Part shown: one piece after another, positions 1 through 13,550 of the stretch
Numbering within the stretch: the first letter of the stretch is position 1
Layout of the letters: each line of letters starts with the position of its first letter
Origin: Epiperipatus broadwayi
Lineage: Eukaryota; Animalia; Onychophora
NCBI GenBank assembly: GCA_028023455.1
Contig: JAQFVV010000005.1
Span: forward strand, 13,392,001-13,456,000
Direction: 5' to 3'
Length of the DNA: 64,000 nucleotides
Position numbers and translations under genes: made by a program
The notes under the pieces: model-generated
Told to the model about the DNA's origin: nothing
Seen by the model: the letters and a program-made list of their open reading frames with translations, nothing else
Databases searched by the model: none

Positions 1-505
1 TATAACTGAATGAAGCAATTATAAAAAGTTAACAATTTTAAACACTTGGGTCAGATTATTAATACAGAAAAAAACATAATAGATGAAATTGATCATAAAA
101 TATTGCTTTTGATAAAAAATAATTTAATATTAGAACTTGGACACTTAATAGAAGAGCGATACAGAAACTTCAGACCACTCATTCAAATATAGAGAGATGT
201 ATGTTGTGAATAACAAGAAGGAATCAAAAATGTAATATTTGGGTGAGAGAACAAATGGGTATTATTGATAACATTGAAAGAATTAGAAGACTAAAATGGA
301 GTTGGGATAGATATATTGCCAAAAAAGTAATAATAGATGGATAGTTGCAAGTTTTAAACTGGATTATATTGAAAAAGGCATAGAGAGAAACCATATATAA
401 AATAGATGGATGAAGCAAGAAAGTTTGTTGAAGCAATATGAAGAAAAGCTATGGATCAGAGAAACTGAATATTAAACATGGAGAGGTCTTCATCCAGCAG
501 TGAAG
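1..505 (+). mobile_element. Decayed 3' end of an RTE-clade non-LTR retrotransposon
   Basis: Nucleotide similarity to the RTE pieces at 43009-43262 and 43476-43896 (for example acttggacacttaatagaagagc, tgggtgagagaacaaa, aaatggagttggg, cttcatccagcagtgaa). Frameshifted and stop-ridden. Confidence 0.75.
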
Positions 506-2024
506 TGATAATATTTGAAAAAGATTGAAAAATGCTGTCATATAGAATCCCATCAGCATAAATTCCAAGCTGTATAAAAAGTCTTCAGAAAATTCTATCT
601 CAAGTATTGGAGAATAATGAAATCATAGTTCTTATAATATTTTATATCTTTAAAATTAATCAAAAACTAGAGAAGAACTACCTTTATTTAAAAGATAAAG
701 GAATCCATGAAGTTAAATCACCAAATATTTTATCAATTACATCACAAATCATTATTCACCACTAAAAATTTTCATGTTAAAAAAAGCTTTACCATAATCA
801 AATTTATATGTTTAATAATGTACTGAATATAAACTTTTTATATAATTAATATTTCCAATATTCATAGTTAATTAATATTTTAAAAAAATAAATAAATGCC
901 ATTATTTTTCTGCTGTACTATGAATCAGAATTACTCTGTTAGTGTATGTATGCAGTTATAAGTTAAAGTTAATAAATAAAAGTTATCTGAAATGGCAATT
1001 ATCTTTAACCATATCAATCATTGTTATCAATTTTTCAATTTTTAGTAAATATTTAATTATTAATAATCTAATCTTATTTCTTTATTTTCATTTCAGTATT
1101 CCCTTTATATATGTTATTAATGATACATGATTGAATAATATCTTGAACTCATGATTTTATAAGGTATCCATTGGTAAAATTCAGCAACTAATTGTAATGT
1201 GAATTGATGGGTGTAGTTACTACATGCAAAAATGAAATGGAGCTTAATAAAAATATTTCTTCTTTCCATAGATATAGAGATATAATTAGATTTCATTTAT
1301 TGTTTCACTTACATAATTGGAAACTAAAAACTAAATGTGTAAAAATATTCTATCTATTGATATGCATGTTCTCAACATTCATTTAATTCATTCATGATTT
1401 ATAATACTTTAAATAGTCCACTGCTAAGCAAAACAGTTCCTCATAGAAAAACAAACAGTAGTCATCGTACTTAACAATTGCCAGCTGTTAAAGTATTGAA
1501 TGTTTTGTAATATTTATTTTATCCACTAATTAGGAATAGCTACATATCCACTTATTGATCAATATTAAATGGTTATCCAAAAGTGTATTGTACCAGCTTC
1601 TGGACAAAAAATTCTACATATTTTTTTAAAAACTAAGTTTACTTGGTCCAAATTCAAACCCAATAAATATAGCAGCTGGATGTGATACCATTATCAAAGG
1701 ATGCTCACTGGTATATTTAGCAATCATATATGTATACAGATATAAATAGTCTTTAACTTATAACAAACCAAAGCCTTTCTAACCATCCATCACAAAAAAA
1801 AAAACAATCAAAAAGTCAATAGATTTGTTAATCATCATCAGATGATGATTTGAGCAGCTTTTTATTTTTGCTTTATTTTTTAGCTAAGACTAACAATATC
1901 TACATTTTCTGACCAATACTGAATTATTATTTGGTTTAGCTAAGAAGAAAATTAGCAAAAAAAAAAGTAAATCAAAAACTGTTCAAAAAAGAAAAGAAAA
2001 AAAAAGTCAATATTTATTTTATTT

Positions 2025-2700
2025 ATCCTGAAAAAGCATTTGCTAAAATAGATGAAGTGGTTTGATATTTTGAGCAAAAAAGAAGATAAAGATTAAAAGA
2101 GATATATATTAGAAAATATGCATGTAAACCAGAAAGCATTTGTAAAATTAAAAATAGTCAAATGGATTGCTGCTTGGGAGTTTATAAGAACTAGGAGTCC
2201 CGGAAGTCATGATCTGGGATCCATGGATATTGAGGTCCAGAGTCTGGCCTCCTACAATTTCAGCATCTAACATAGACCTTTATAGGATTTAATGATCTTC
2301 TTACAATAAAAAATTGATAAAGAAGAACTCTAAAGCAGTGATATATATCTCCTGTTTGGTGAAAATGGAAAATACCATTATGCTATTGCAGATTAGTGAG
2401 AATAGTGGAAGCAAGTAAAACTACAGCAACAGACAAGAGATTAAAATAAATAAAACTTCAGTGGTAATTTAAAAATTATTTGGTACTTTAAAACATTTGG
2501 AAAATTGAACAATTGATAAATGGAAGTAAATAAAAAATGAAAGTGAATTTGCTGCAGTTTAATACATTTAGATAAGAGGTTATTGGGTGTTTTCTTTAGA
2601 GTAACAATTGTAAATAGAGCAGTGATTTAGACAATTATGAGAAAAGAGAGCTTTAGAGAGAATAGAAAAAATATGTTGCATCAATAAAGTTAAAACTCTA
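2025..2700 (+). mobile_element. Highly decayed RTE-like reverse transcriptase fragment
   Basis: By-eye translation gives EKAFAKID (RT 'EKAFD' motif), ENMHVNQKAFVKLK, GVP and LKINKT in the expected order, with many stops and frameshifts. Confidence 0.4.
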
Positions 2701-3850
2701 TAAATATTTTTTGTTCTCAGCAAAGTAGAATAAAAACTTAGCCATTAAATCCGAGACTAGCTGTAATACTTGATTGTCAGGACAGATTGCCATATTTTTA
2801 AAAAATTAAGGGTTGAAAAGTGTGAATAAAGTAAGTCATTCTTTTCACATTCTGGTTCCTAAGATGCTATCTAAGCTTTAATCCCACATCTTACAATCAC
2901 TCTTTCTAAAAAAAAAATTAAATAACATTAAGACCAGAGCTCAAACCCATGCACCAGCTGATATTTCTGCAGCTACATGGAATCTGATCTTATTAACAAC
3001 TCAGTGACTTGTCTATTGGATATGTTAATTAATATGCATTATATATATATTAATTATTGCTCAGTTATATTAACGTCTATCTATGTTATTGCTTTTCTAC
3101 TTAAAATCTACTTTGTTTCAATAAGACTTGTAAATAATATCCAATGTATATAATAAACCTAATAATGTTAATTTAAAACTGAAGTAAGTGATTTTTAAAA
3201 GAAAAATTGAATCTGTCATATATTTCAAATTAAGAAGTTAATATTGAAAAGTTTTGTATAAAGAATAAAGCCAGATAGGGAAGAATATTGGGTATATTAA
3301 GATATACAACAATTAACGAACTAATAATAAATGTACATAATAAACTAATATTATTAATATTTCGAGCACTAAAGCAATATTAGATTTTAATATATTTGCT
3401 GGATTAATATCCTTCAGTATTTTTTCTTTTAGCAGGGATCTTTCTTTAGTATTATGAAATTATAAAACTAGTAATTAAGCGCCATTAATATAAAAAAATA
3501 TTTACAGTCATATATTTTTTATTCTTTTGGTAGATTTTAAAACAATTCAAGGTGCAGGTGTTTTCTATTGTTTGCTGTTTTATTGAAATAAGAGCAAAAA
3601 ATTAGGACATCAAACTATTTTTTAATTAATATCATCACAAATAATCTGATTAGATACAGAAAAATCTACAATTATTTATTTATTTTTTACAATCAGCTAG
3701 TCATCGAATAGTACATATTGCCCGCAATCCAAGCGCCTTATAATGCATTTAATCGTTTTCTATTATTTATATAGCTCGATTACATAATTGATTGTTATAT
3801 TACTGAATACCTCTTTATTGTTTTCTCTCTGTGTTTTTTAATGCTCCTCA

Positions 3851-3918
3851 AGAGGTCAGCGACAGCTGCTTTAGAAGCAGTTGTCCCGAGTTAGTGGGTT
3901 CGCTTCCCAGCTGATGCT
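3851..3918 (+). pseudogene. tRNA-Gly(TCC)-derived pseudogene or SINE head
   Basis: CAGCTGCTTTAGAAGCAGTTGTCCCG...GGTTCGCTTCCCAGCTGATGCT aligns to the canonical Gly-TCC 3' half (TAGCTGCCTTCCAAGCAGTTGACCCGGGTTCGATTCCCGGCCGACGCA). It carries a mutated anticodon loop, a short insertion and CpG transitions. Confidence 0.55.
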
Positions 3919-5729
3919 GTGACACATGAGAAAAAGAAAATCTTAATATTTTTTCTCATGATATGTATTGTTTTTGTGGTTTTTTTTATTATCCGAAAGT
4001 TGTTTAAGTAACTAAGCAACGGAATAGTACCATTTGATATTGTTTGCGCCTTATTATCATAATTTATTTTAGAATGTAACTTATTTTTAATTCTTTAAAA
4101 CACAACATCGGGATTACAACCGCAATCAATCTACCAATAAGGTTAAGAGCATATTAAAGCATAATTATGAAATCCTGCAAGTATCTCTTAATACCGTATT
4201 AAGATGAGTAAATTGTGCTAAGAGGGTAGATGATAAAGAATGTCCATCTACTATACTTTCAACAACGATTATGCGTTATCCAAGTTTAACATTTCTATTA
4301 AACAAATACTATAATAATTTTGATTTAAAATTAAATGAAAAACAGTAATGGAATGCTAAAGCATAATGGTTATCAATATTTCTTATTGCGTGCTCTTTGC
4401 AGTCAACAAATTTGCTTCCCATCAGATACTCAACGTGAAAACTTTTTTGAGTAACTAATTAATCAATCCATTTGTTTATATTTTATAACTAATAGGATAC
4501 AAACAATACACATATTTTACTAACATTTTAATATATCTAGTATTCGTTGATTGCCATTATAATTAATGTTTCCTTTAGTTTACAACAGAACTAACCCCTC
4601 CCCCTCCCAGTACCACAAATACATAAATCAGTTGTATATTAATGAAAGTGATTGTGTGGAAGAGAAAGATAAATAGCAAAAAAAAAAAAATTAATATGAT
4701 ATCAAAACAAGTTTGATAGTTAGGCTGAAGATACATAAATGATAAGAGACAAAAGAACAAGAACAGAAAATTTAAAAACTGGAGTAAAAATTGCTTTACC
4801 ATGTTACAGTTACAACGACAGTGACAAACGTATTGGAAATTCCTAATGTCAAACTACATAATGTTCTTATCATGACAGCTTTTATTTATATGTGATTATT
4901 CATACATTAAAAACAAGCTTGTTTTTTGATGTTTTATTTTTGAGTTTAAGATCAAGAAAGACCATATTTTTTCTTATCGATTGCCTAATATTCTTAACTT
5001 CAGTTGAGTTTTTGTGAAGGCAAGATAAATAGATGTATATGAAAGGTCTATCTTTCTTTTGATATTTACAATCATGATAGACAAAACTATATTATGCCCC
5101 ATATTTCCAGGAGATTATAAAGTCACCAGGAAGATAGCAGATGGTAACCAAAGTATAAGATGCTAAAAACCCTCTGATTGTTAACCAAGATTGCAATCCA
5201 TTGCCATCTTTTTATTATATATCTATAACTGCAATTCACCTTCAAGTGAAAGAAGATTTTAAATAGAACATTAATGGATTTTGTGCAGTTAAAAGGTAAA
5301 AAAGACAAGTGATTTAAAAAGTGGAACAACACATTATAAAGATTTATGATATATCAGATAAAGTGGAAAGATTACCAATTCAGCTTAATGGAAGATATCA
5401 AACACAGATAATTCAACTTCTTATGGAAGTAATATATTTTCTTCTTCTTCCTTTGCCTATGTATTGATTTCTACTTTAACATATACAACTTTTTTAATAC
5501 TTTATCAATACTCTTTATTTATATCAAAACTAACACTTTCAACTATAATGTTAAAGATTATAATTATAATAAATAATAATTTAAAAAAAAAAAAAATGAA
5601 ATGATATAAAATAAATATTGATAGAATTATTTAAGAGTAAAGTAATAAAATTGGAAAATTTATAATGGTCAGGTTAAAATGTATATTTATTTTGTGTATA
5701 TATATGAATATATGTATAAGTGCATTAAT

Positions 5730-7932
5730 TATATAATTATATATTTGAATATTGTAGTTCTGATGATGACTGCAGGACAGTCGAAACAGTTAGTTTTGAT
5801 ATAAATAAAGAGCATTGATAAAGTGTTTAAGAAAGTTGTAAATGGTATGACAGATAATTTAAGTTTATACTGCATTAAACTATCATTGTGATGAAGAAAG
5901 AGAGGATTTTTTTTATGGATGTACAAAATGCTTTTGATAAACCAAATATGTTAAAATTGTCATATGAAGTGTTAATGCTAAAACTGGTAAATGATTGAAA
6001 ATGAAATTGCTTGGGATAAATTTGGTTATGATGAGGATAATGAGAGAGAGCACAGATTTGTGAAATTTGCAACAAAAAAAAAACATGATTTTTTTTACAT
6101 AAAAATGCTAAAAGAAGATATACATGGAAACAATTGGATTATATTTTGACTAACAGGAAATAAATATTTTCATGATTCTGATATTTTTAATAGATTCAAC
6201 ATAGGAATTATTGAAATGAAGGTATGTGTTAATGCAAAACTAAAAAGACAAAAATTATTAAGAAAGTCATTATTAACTGTCAATATTCCTGATCTTCAGA
6301 AACATTTTAAACAATTTAAATTAAAACTTGCAAATCATTTTAAAATATTAAGACACTGAAGATAGTTCAGATTTGACTGAAACCAATATGATAACTGATC
6401 CCTCTTTAAAAACTGCAAGAAAGATAGCTGAAGAAAAAAGCAATAATTTACCAGTAAATTTTCTACTAAAACAAGAGAATATATGAAGAAAAGAAATACA
6501 AAAATATTTTAAATTGATCCATGGAGAAGAATTGACTATATAGAATTTTGTAAAATGAAATGAAAAAGAATTAATAAATAATATAAAAAATATAATTATT
6601 ATGAATGCTATAGAAGAAAATAAGTCACAAAAGTGTAAAACATATGGTTTGAAAGAAAGGTTATTTTTGCAAGAACAAGTAAAGTTGAAAATATTTCTAC
6701 AAAGAAACAAAGAGAGATGACATCATGGAATTTGTGAAAGAGTTCTGTAAATAATTATACAATAGCAAAAAAAAAAGAAAACAAAGTATCTCCTTCAGTT
6801 ATTACACTTTCTGAATTGCCCAGAATTTTTAATGAAGAAGTAAAATATGCAATTAAATCAATGAAGAAAAGAAAAGTTCCCAGAAATGGATTTATTATTG
6901 TTATCTTGAAAGAAGCAGATGAAGAAATAAAAAAAAAATTGGCAAAGTTATATACAAATGACTAAATGATAAAACTATACCAGAAGGTTGGAAGAAGGCA
7001 GTAATAATATTATTATTTAAGAAAGATAAAAAACAAGATATTAGAAATTACATAACTATCAGTCTATTATCAATTTTATACAAAATATTTATCAGGATAT
7101 AACACAGTTGACAGGATTCAAACCTGTGTGGGAAGATCCCAATTGATTTCTAGTCAGTCATCTTAACCATTTGACCAGTGCCATTTTAACTTATCTAAAA
7201 TTAATTCTGAATTCTAACCAACCAAAAGAACAAATTAGATTTAAAAGTGATTTTAGTCCAGTAGATTGCATCCAAATAGAGATAAATTATAAAAAATCCA
7301 ATAAATATATATTGACATCATATTTTGGAATTGTAGATTATGAAAAGACATTTGATTCTATTAGCATTTCTCTAATGATTAGAACATTAGATCATCAAAA
7401 TATAGATCAGAATATTACCATATTCTGAAAAATTGTTATCAAAATGCAACAGCAATAATTTAGACTACATAGCACATTGAGAAAGGTGTATGTTAAGGTG
7501 ATTCTATAGTTCCAAAGTTTTTATTACAGTTTTACAAGAAATATTTGATGCATTAAAATGGAAAGCTAAGTGAGTACAAGTAAATGAGAATATTTAAATC
7601 ATCTTGGTTTTGCAGATGATGGGATTGATTTCATAAATAATGCTTCAACTTCAGAGAATGTTGTAAGACATATCAGATAAAAGTAAGAAAGACTAAAAAT
7701 AAATAATATAAGCTAACGTCCAATGAATTTTCTCAGAAAAATAAAGTAAAGATTGATAATCATGAATTAGAAAAAGTTAACAAATACAAGTTTCATTGTC
7801 AAATTATTAACACAAATAGAAATATAATGGATGACATTAACCATAGAATTAAACTTAGTTGTAGTGTTTTTAATAGAAATAACTTAATTTTAAAGGAAAT
7901 ATGCATATGGTACTGAAAAGAGTAGTTTTAAT
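5730..7932 (+). mobile_element. Decayed RTE-clade LINE (APE endonuclease plus RT), interrupted
   Basis: Endonuclease motifs: DVQNAFDK..VNAKTGK, KFGYDEDNER, NAKRRYTWK, QLDYILTNR. RT motifs: PEGWKKAVIILLFKK..RNY..ISLLSILYKIF, QPKEQ, VDYEKTFDSI, GVC*GDSIVPKFF, NHLGFADD. Numerous stops. Confidence 0.85.
7103..7182 (-). pseudogene. tRNA-Ser(AGA) pseudogene inserted antisense into the RTE RT
   Basis: The reverse complement TGGTCAAATGGTTAAGATGACTGACTAGAAATCAATTGGGATCTTCCCACACAGGTTTGAATCCTGTCAACTGTG matches the canonical Ser-AGA (CTAGAAA loop, long variable arm), and most differences are CpG transitions. The 5' acceptor strand does not match. Confidence 0.8.
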
Positions 7933-8657
7933 CTTTCATATCTTCAATGTGTAGGTCTTTGGAAAGAGTCATTATTGTCATGTTCACATAAATTCTGCTT
8001 GTATAAACATTTATTGAGATGTTTTATTTATTTTTGAGTGTTTTTTTAAAAGAAAAATCATGTACTTTTGAATATTAATATTTTAATTCAGTAAAATCAA
8101 AAGTGGCAAGGTCACAATGTTTTAATCCTATTCTCCATGTGTTTAATGCACTTCCTTCTTTGTTGTTTAATCTCAAAACAGTTGCAAGATTATTTGGAGA
8201 AAGTTTTGGAATAAAACAAAATTAATATTTTACATAGTTAATTAAAGATTCATGATTATTTTTCACAATAATTATGTAATAATTATTAAGTCAAAAGTGT
8301 GTACTACTTTACTATACTTTTACTTTATATGTATATGTTTTATTTTTAAAAATAGAAAGTCATAACTTCTAACATAAATTTAAAAAAAAAAATTGCATTC
8401 TGATCACCCACTCTGAAAATGATATTCAAGATATTTTTACTAACACAAGGTTAAGATTTGTTGTGGCATTCTAAAAATTATAAAGCAATTTTAATATTTT
8501 AAAGCAAAATATTATAGATTTATCAAGGATTAAACATGTATTTGTTCGCATTTTAAAAATAAATTTGAAATAAAAAAGATTTTATTAATTTTCTGAAAAC
8601 TGTTTCATTCCAACCATTGAATAACATTTTATGTTCTTTATTTATTATTATTTTTTC

Positions 8658-9273
8658 ATGTAATTGACTAATGGATTTAGTAGCACAGTTTCAAACTGTA
8701 ATTCTAAACAGAAGGTAATTAACCCTTTACACATGTGCAGTACTGTTATATTAAATTAATATTTTTGTTAAATGTGAGAAAACTCTTGATCTGAAGTACA
8801 AGATAGAGACTTTGAAAAAATTAGAGTGGCTGTCTTATCTTTGTATCTAAATTCAATTATATAGGTTGACCTTAAGTATCTTGGAATGAGAGCATAAATA
8901 TTTTATATTCTTCACTTTACTTCCATTTCCTTTATTATACATATTAACACTCACAGAATTTTATGCTTTTAGAATTACAGTTTGAAATGTTGCTAGTAGA
9001 TCTTTAGTCAATTACATTAATTTTAACATCTCTGAATGATAGCATACAGTAAATATTAAAATTTTGTGAGTGTTAATATGTAAAATAAAATAAATGGAAG
9101 TAATGTGAAGAATATGAAATCTTCACACTATTGTTCCAAGACCCTTAAGATTGGCTTATGTAATTAAGTTTAGGTACAAAAATAAGGTGGCTGTTCTTTC
9201 AAAGTCTATCTTATGCATTGGATCAAAAATTTCATTACATTCAACAAAAACAATTACCTTCTGTTGGGAATTA
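8658..9273. repeat. Interleaved inverted duplications (A-B-A'-x-B')
   Basis: 8658-8708 is inverted at 8968-9017, and 8699-8963 is inverted at 9058-9273. Both pairs are imperfect. Confidence 0.8.
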
Positions 9274-9445
9274 TTATTTTTTTCAATATTTATAAGGATA
9301 AATATGACTTTTTAGAATGCTTTTTGCTTGTAAAAGTGCATTTCTATTAAATTCAATTTGCTGATAAAGAAAAAATAAAATACTAATTGAAAGATTAAAA
9401 AAATGTCAACAAAGAGAACAATAGAGCAATCACAGTATGGAAGAG

Positions 9446-9720
9446 TTAATAAATGTATTTTACCAGCTTTTACTTATGGACATAAGACTTAGACACTTAA
9501 CATAAAAGCAGTAGACTTTAGATTATTCAATAAAATGTGGATAGTTTGAATGCAAAATGCAAGGTAAAAAAACAAACAGCTATCATTGACATCAATGAAA
9601 GTATTAAGAGACTGAAAAGGACTTTACTGGACTGCACATATTGCTAGAAAAGTATATAGTAGATGGAAAGTTGATGTTTTAAATGAGATCCCATGGTCAT
9701 ATGGATAAAACAGGATGTTA
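9446..9720 (+). mobile_element. RTE 3' fragment, probably the continuation of 5730-7932
   Basis: NKCILPAFTYGH-ET*TLN resumes where the upstream piece stops (..LKRVVFN). Confidence 0.65.
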
Positions 9721-9759
9721 GTTACGAACATGTAAAAAGATGGAATAAAAAAGAATAGC

Positions 9760-10200
9760 ATTGCCAATCAACCATGAGATTTTCTTGTAAAGAATTTGAG
9801 TTATGGCTTTAAGCTATTTGAGCCATGGCAATGTAAACATATAGATCATACTGGTACATTTAAGGCTGTTTATTTTTGGTAGTCATAGATGCTTATTCTA
9901 AATGATTAAAATATTGAGTAGTGAAAAGTACAAATGTGGCAAATCCTGTAAACATACTTAATGAACTGTTTGCCTGTAATGGTTATCCAGAAACAGTTTC
10001 TAACAATGGAAACAAGTTTCCATGACAAGGAATGCATCATGTTTTGACACCACATCATCCAGAATCAAATGAACTAGCCAAAAAGGCAGATGAACAACTC
10101 AAATAAGGGCATTTACTAAGCTACATCAACCAAAATGTTCTATCAGCATTCTACTCCATGCATTAATATAAAGAAACCACCTATGAAAATGCTTATGGTA
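9760..10200 (+). mobile_element. Decayed Gypsy-type LTR retrotransposon integrase fragment
   Basis: EPWQCKHIDHTGTF, LVVIDAYSK, LFACNGYPETV-SNNG and PHHPESNELAK correspond to the rve core (HIDFAGP, VDAYSKW, PETIVSDNG, YHPxSNGLAE). Confidence 0.75.
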
Positions 10201-10904
10201 TAAATTCCACAGACTTATGTGTCATTGCTAGTACTTAAGAAAAACAAACATATAAACAATAAAATAAACATTTATTATGCAAAGCAGCTGAAACATAAAA
10301 GTTTTGAGATCCCCCAAACTCTCCTTTTAATAAGAATGGTTCATCCCCAAAAAAGAGCCTCATCAATCAAATTTCTTATCTGCATAAAACAAAATACTTT
10401 AAAAAAAGAACAGCATCAACATAATATTTTGACAAAGAACATGTTGAATTTTAGAAATATTTTTGTATAAAATTGTTGTTTCAATTGTGAAATTTTTGCC
10501 AGTGTATAAACACTTTTGTTTACCTTTATAATTAAAGATCTATTAAAAAAAAAATCAATAGCAAAGCTGTTTTTATACTAAATTTACGTGACTTAATTTA
10601 CAAGAAATTATTGGTATATCCTGTCAAATTGCATTGTTTGCAATATTACTGAGAAGGTTCTCATTACTAGTTGAATTTCCATGAAGATTTAGGCTCAGGG
10701 AAACAGGGTACAAGTTGAAAACACATTAAAAGAAAAAAAATAAGCATAGATTGACAACTGAGAATAATTAGCAATAATGTTTACTATACAGTAATTAAGA
10801 AAACAGACATCAATATCATAATTCATAAATAGATATAAAGATATTGTAAATAATTATTACCTTAAATTTGAAGGTCTACAAAAATTATAAAAGATCTTTG
10901 CAAT

Positions 10905-11720
<816 letters not shown>

Positions 11721-12849
11721 TATGGAAGTGGAATAAAAAATATAGGACTAATAAGATATTACTGAAATACAGCAGTTTTAACAAAGAAAATAAGAATTAA
11801 ATTATATTGTTAAAATAATGTGGGACTAGAGTTTAATCCTTCTGAAGAACAGAAGTTATTAATTTTATTGACTTTAAATTTTTCTACTAGTGTATATAAG
11901 CAGTTTTCATTGTTTGTACAATTAATGGATATTTCAAAATTATGCTTCAGTAATTAATATTTATTTATAAGCATTAATTCTAATGGAATAACATAAACAA
12001 GACAATTACCTATGGCCACAGTACATAATTTATTAGGGTCAAAATATACCAACTATTTGATAAAGATAATTAGACAAAAATTAATGCTTTTGAAATTTTT
12101 TATTCCCGTCCAAATGACCAATCAATCTAAGGTATTTTTTATATCGTTTATTTTTAATTTATTTATTGTAAATAATGCTTATGTTTATTTATATCCTAGA
12201 CGAAGAGTGTAATATTTAATGATATAGACTTTTTATTTTACTGGTTCAAAATAGAATACATGCATATGAAATAAATTTTTAAAGCCATATAGATTTTTAC
12301 ACATAGCCTAATTCACTTCAAATTTGTCTGTGTAATTAGTAATTATGCAGATATAAATCCGTTTTTATTAACTTTGACATGAATACATATTAAAAATCAC
12401 GTTATGAAAATTTGATTTAATTGCTTTAAAAAACATTATTTAAAATACATTAAAGAAGCTATAGCATTTTAAAATAAATCATGTGTGAGGGGATAAATAC
12501 TAAATATCCTTCCTTATAAAAATGATTTCTGAACATAGCATAAAAAATCTATATATTTAATATCATGTTTAACTGCTTTAATTCTAGAAAATAACTGGAC
12601 AGAGTACAGTGTGTGGTTGTTGGCCTATCCTAAGAGTTATGAATCAGCATCAATTGGTGTAATTATGGTACCCTATGTAAATTATACGAGAGTATTACCT
12701 TTGCTTGACAGTTACAATATTACATTAGAATAAATACATTTTTGGTAATGAAGTCCTGCTTATCTTTTTTGGAATTCTCACAATTTCTTCTATTTTCTCT
12801 TGATGGTTATATATATATTGTATGATACATAATTGGGCATCTTTTCCAA

Positions 12850-13550
12850 AATATTTATAATTGTATTATCTTGTTATTTAAATAAATTGATTTTTTTACT
12901 TCAAATATTCTTGAATAGTTTGGAAATTACATTAGTTTTTAATTAAATTAATATGTTGACTAATTCTAATTTTATAAATACATTGATATGTTTTTCCTGA
13001 ATTTTCAGAACATCCTATTAGTTTTTATAGATTTATATATTTCCAATATTTTTCTAAAATATTCTTTGCTTTGAATAACTTTATATGAGCACATATATAA
13101 CAAATAACAGAATGCAAAAAAAAAAAAAGGGGGGGGGGGAATTAGCATCTACCTTAATATTATACTTATTTCATCTTATAAGTGGAAAATCTTTCAGATA
13201 TCTTTAGATATAACATCACCTTTAGTCAATACATAGATATAGCAAAGTATATATTTTGCTCTTCAATAATCATACATTTCAAATTTGAATATTACTATTG
13301 TTATATCTTTATAGATAACTTAAAAAAATTCTGTTAAGGGATAAAATATATATAGTGTCAAAGTAATTGTTGGTTTCTTTTTTGATTAGCTATATACTTT
13401 TCATTTAAATGTTTAGTTGTGATTTAATTTATCAACTGCGTTACATAAATCTGTGAATTTACACATATCTTGAATATATTGCTTGAAAATGGGTATTTAA
13501 GAAATTAAATAGGAAACACCTACTACTTGCAATAAAAATATTCACTTTCT
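12850..13550 (-). mobile_element. Possible decayed Penelope-like element (GIY-YIG region)
   Basis: The minus strand reads GKTYQCIYKIRISQHINLIK, resembling the G.T.R.L..RI.QH motif. The rest is too eroded to read. Confidence 0.3.

Noticed and set aside
224-6710. Short hydrophobic F/L/I-rich ORFs in the track (for example 224-436, 4575-4802, 6348-6710)
   Set aside because: They are antisense readings of A-rich decayed LINE DNA or chance ORFs of AT-rich sequence.
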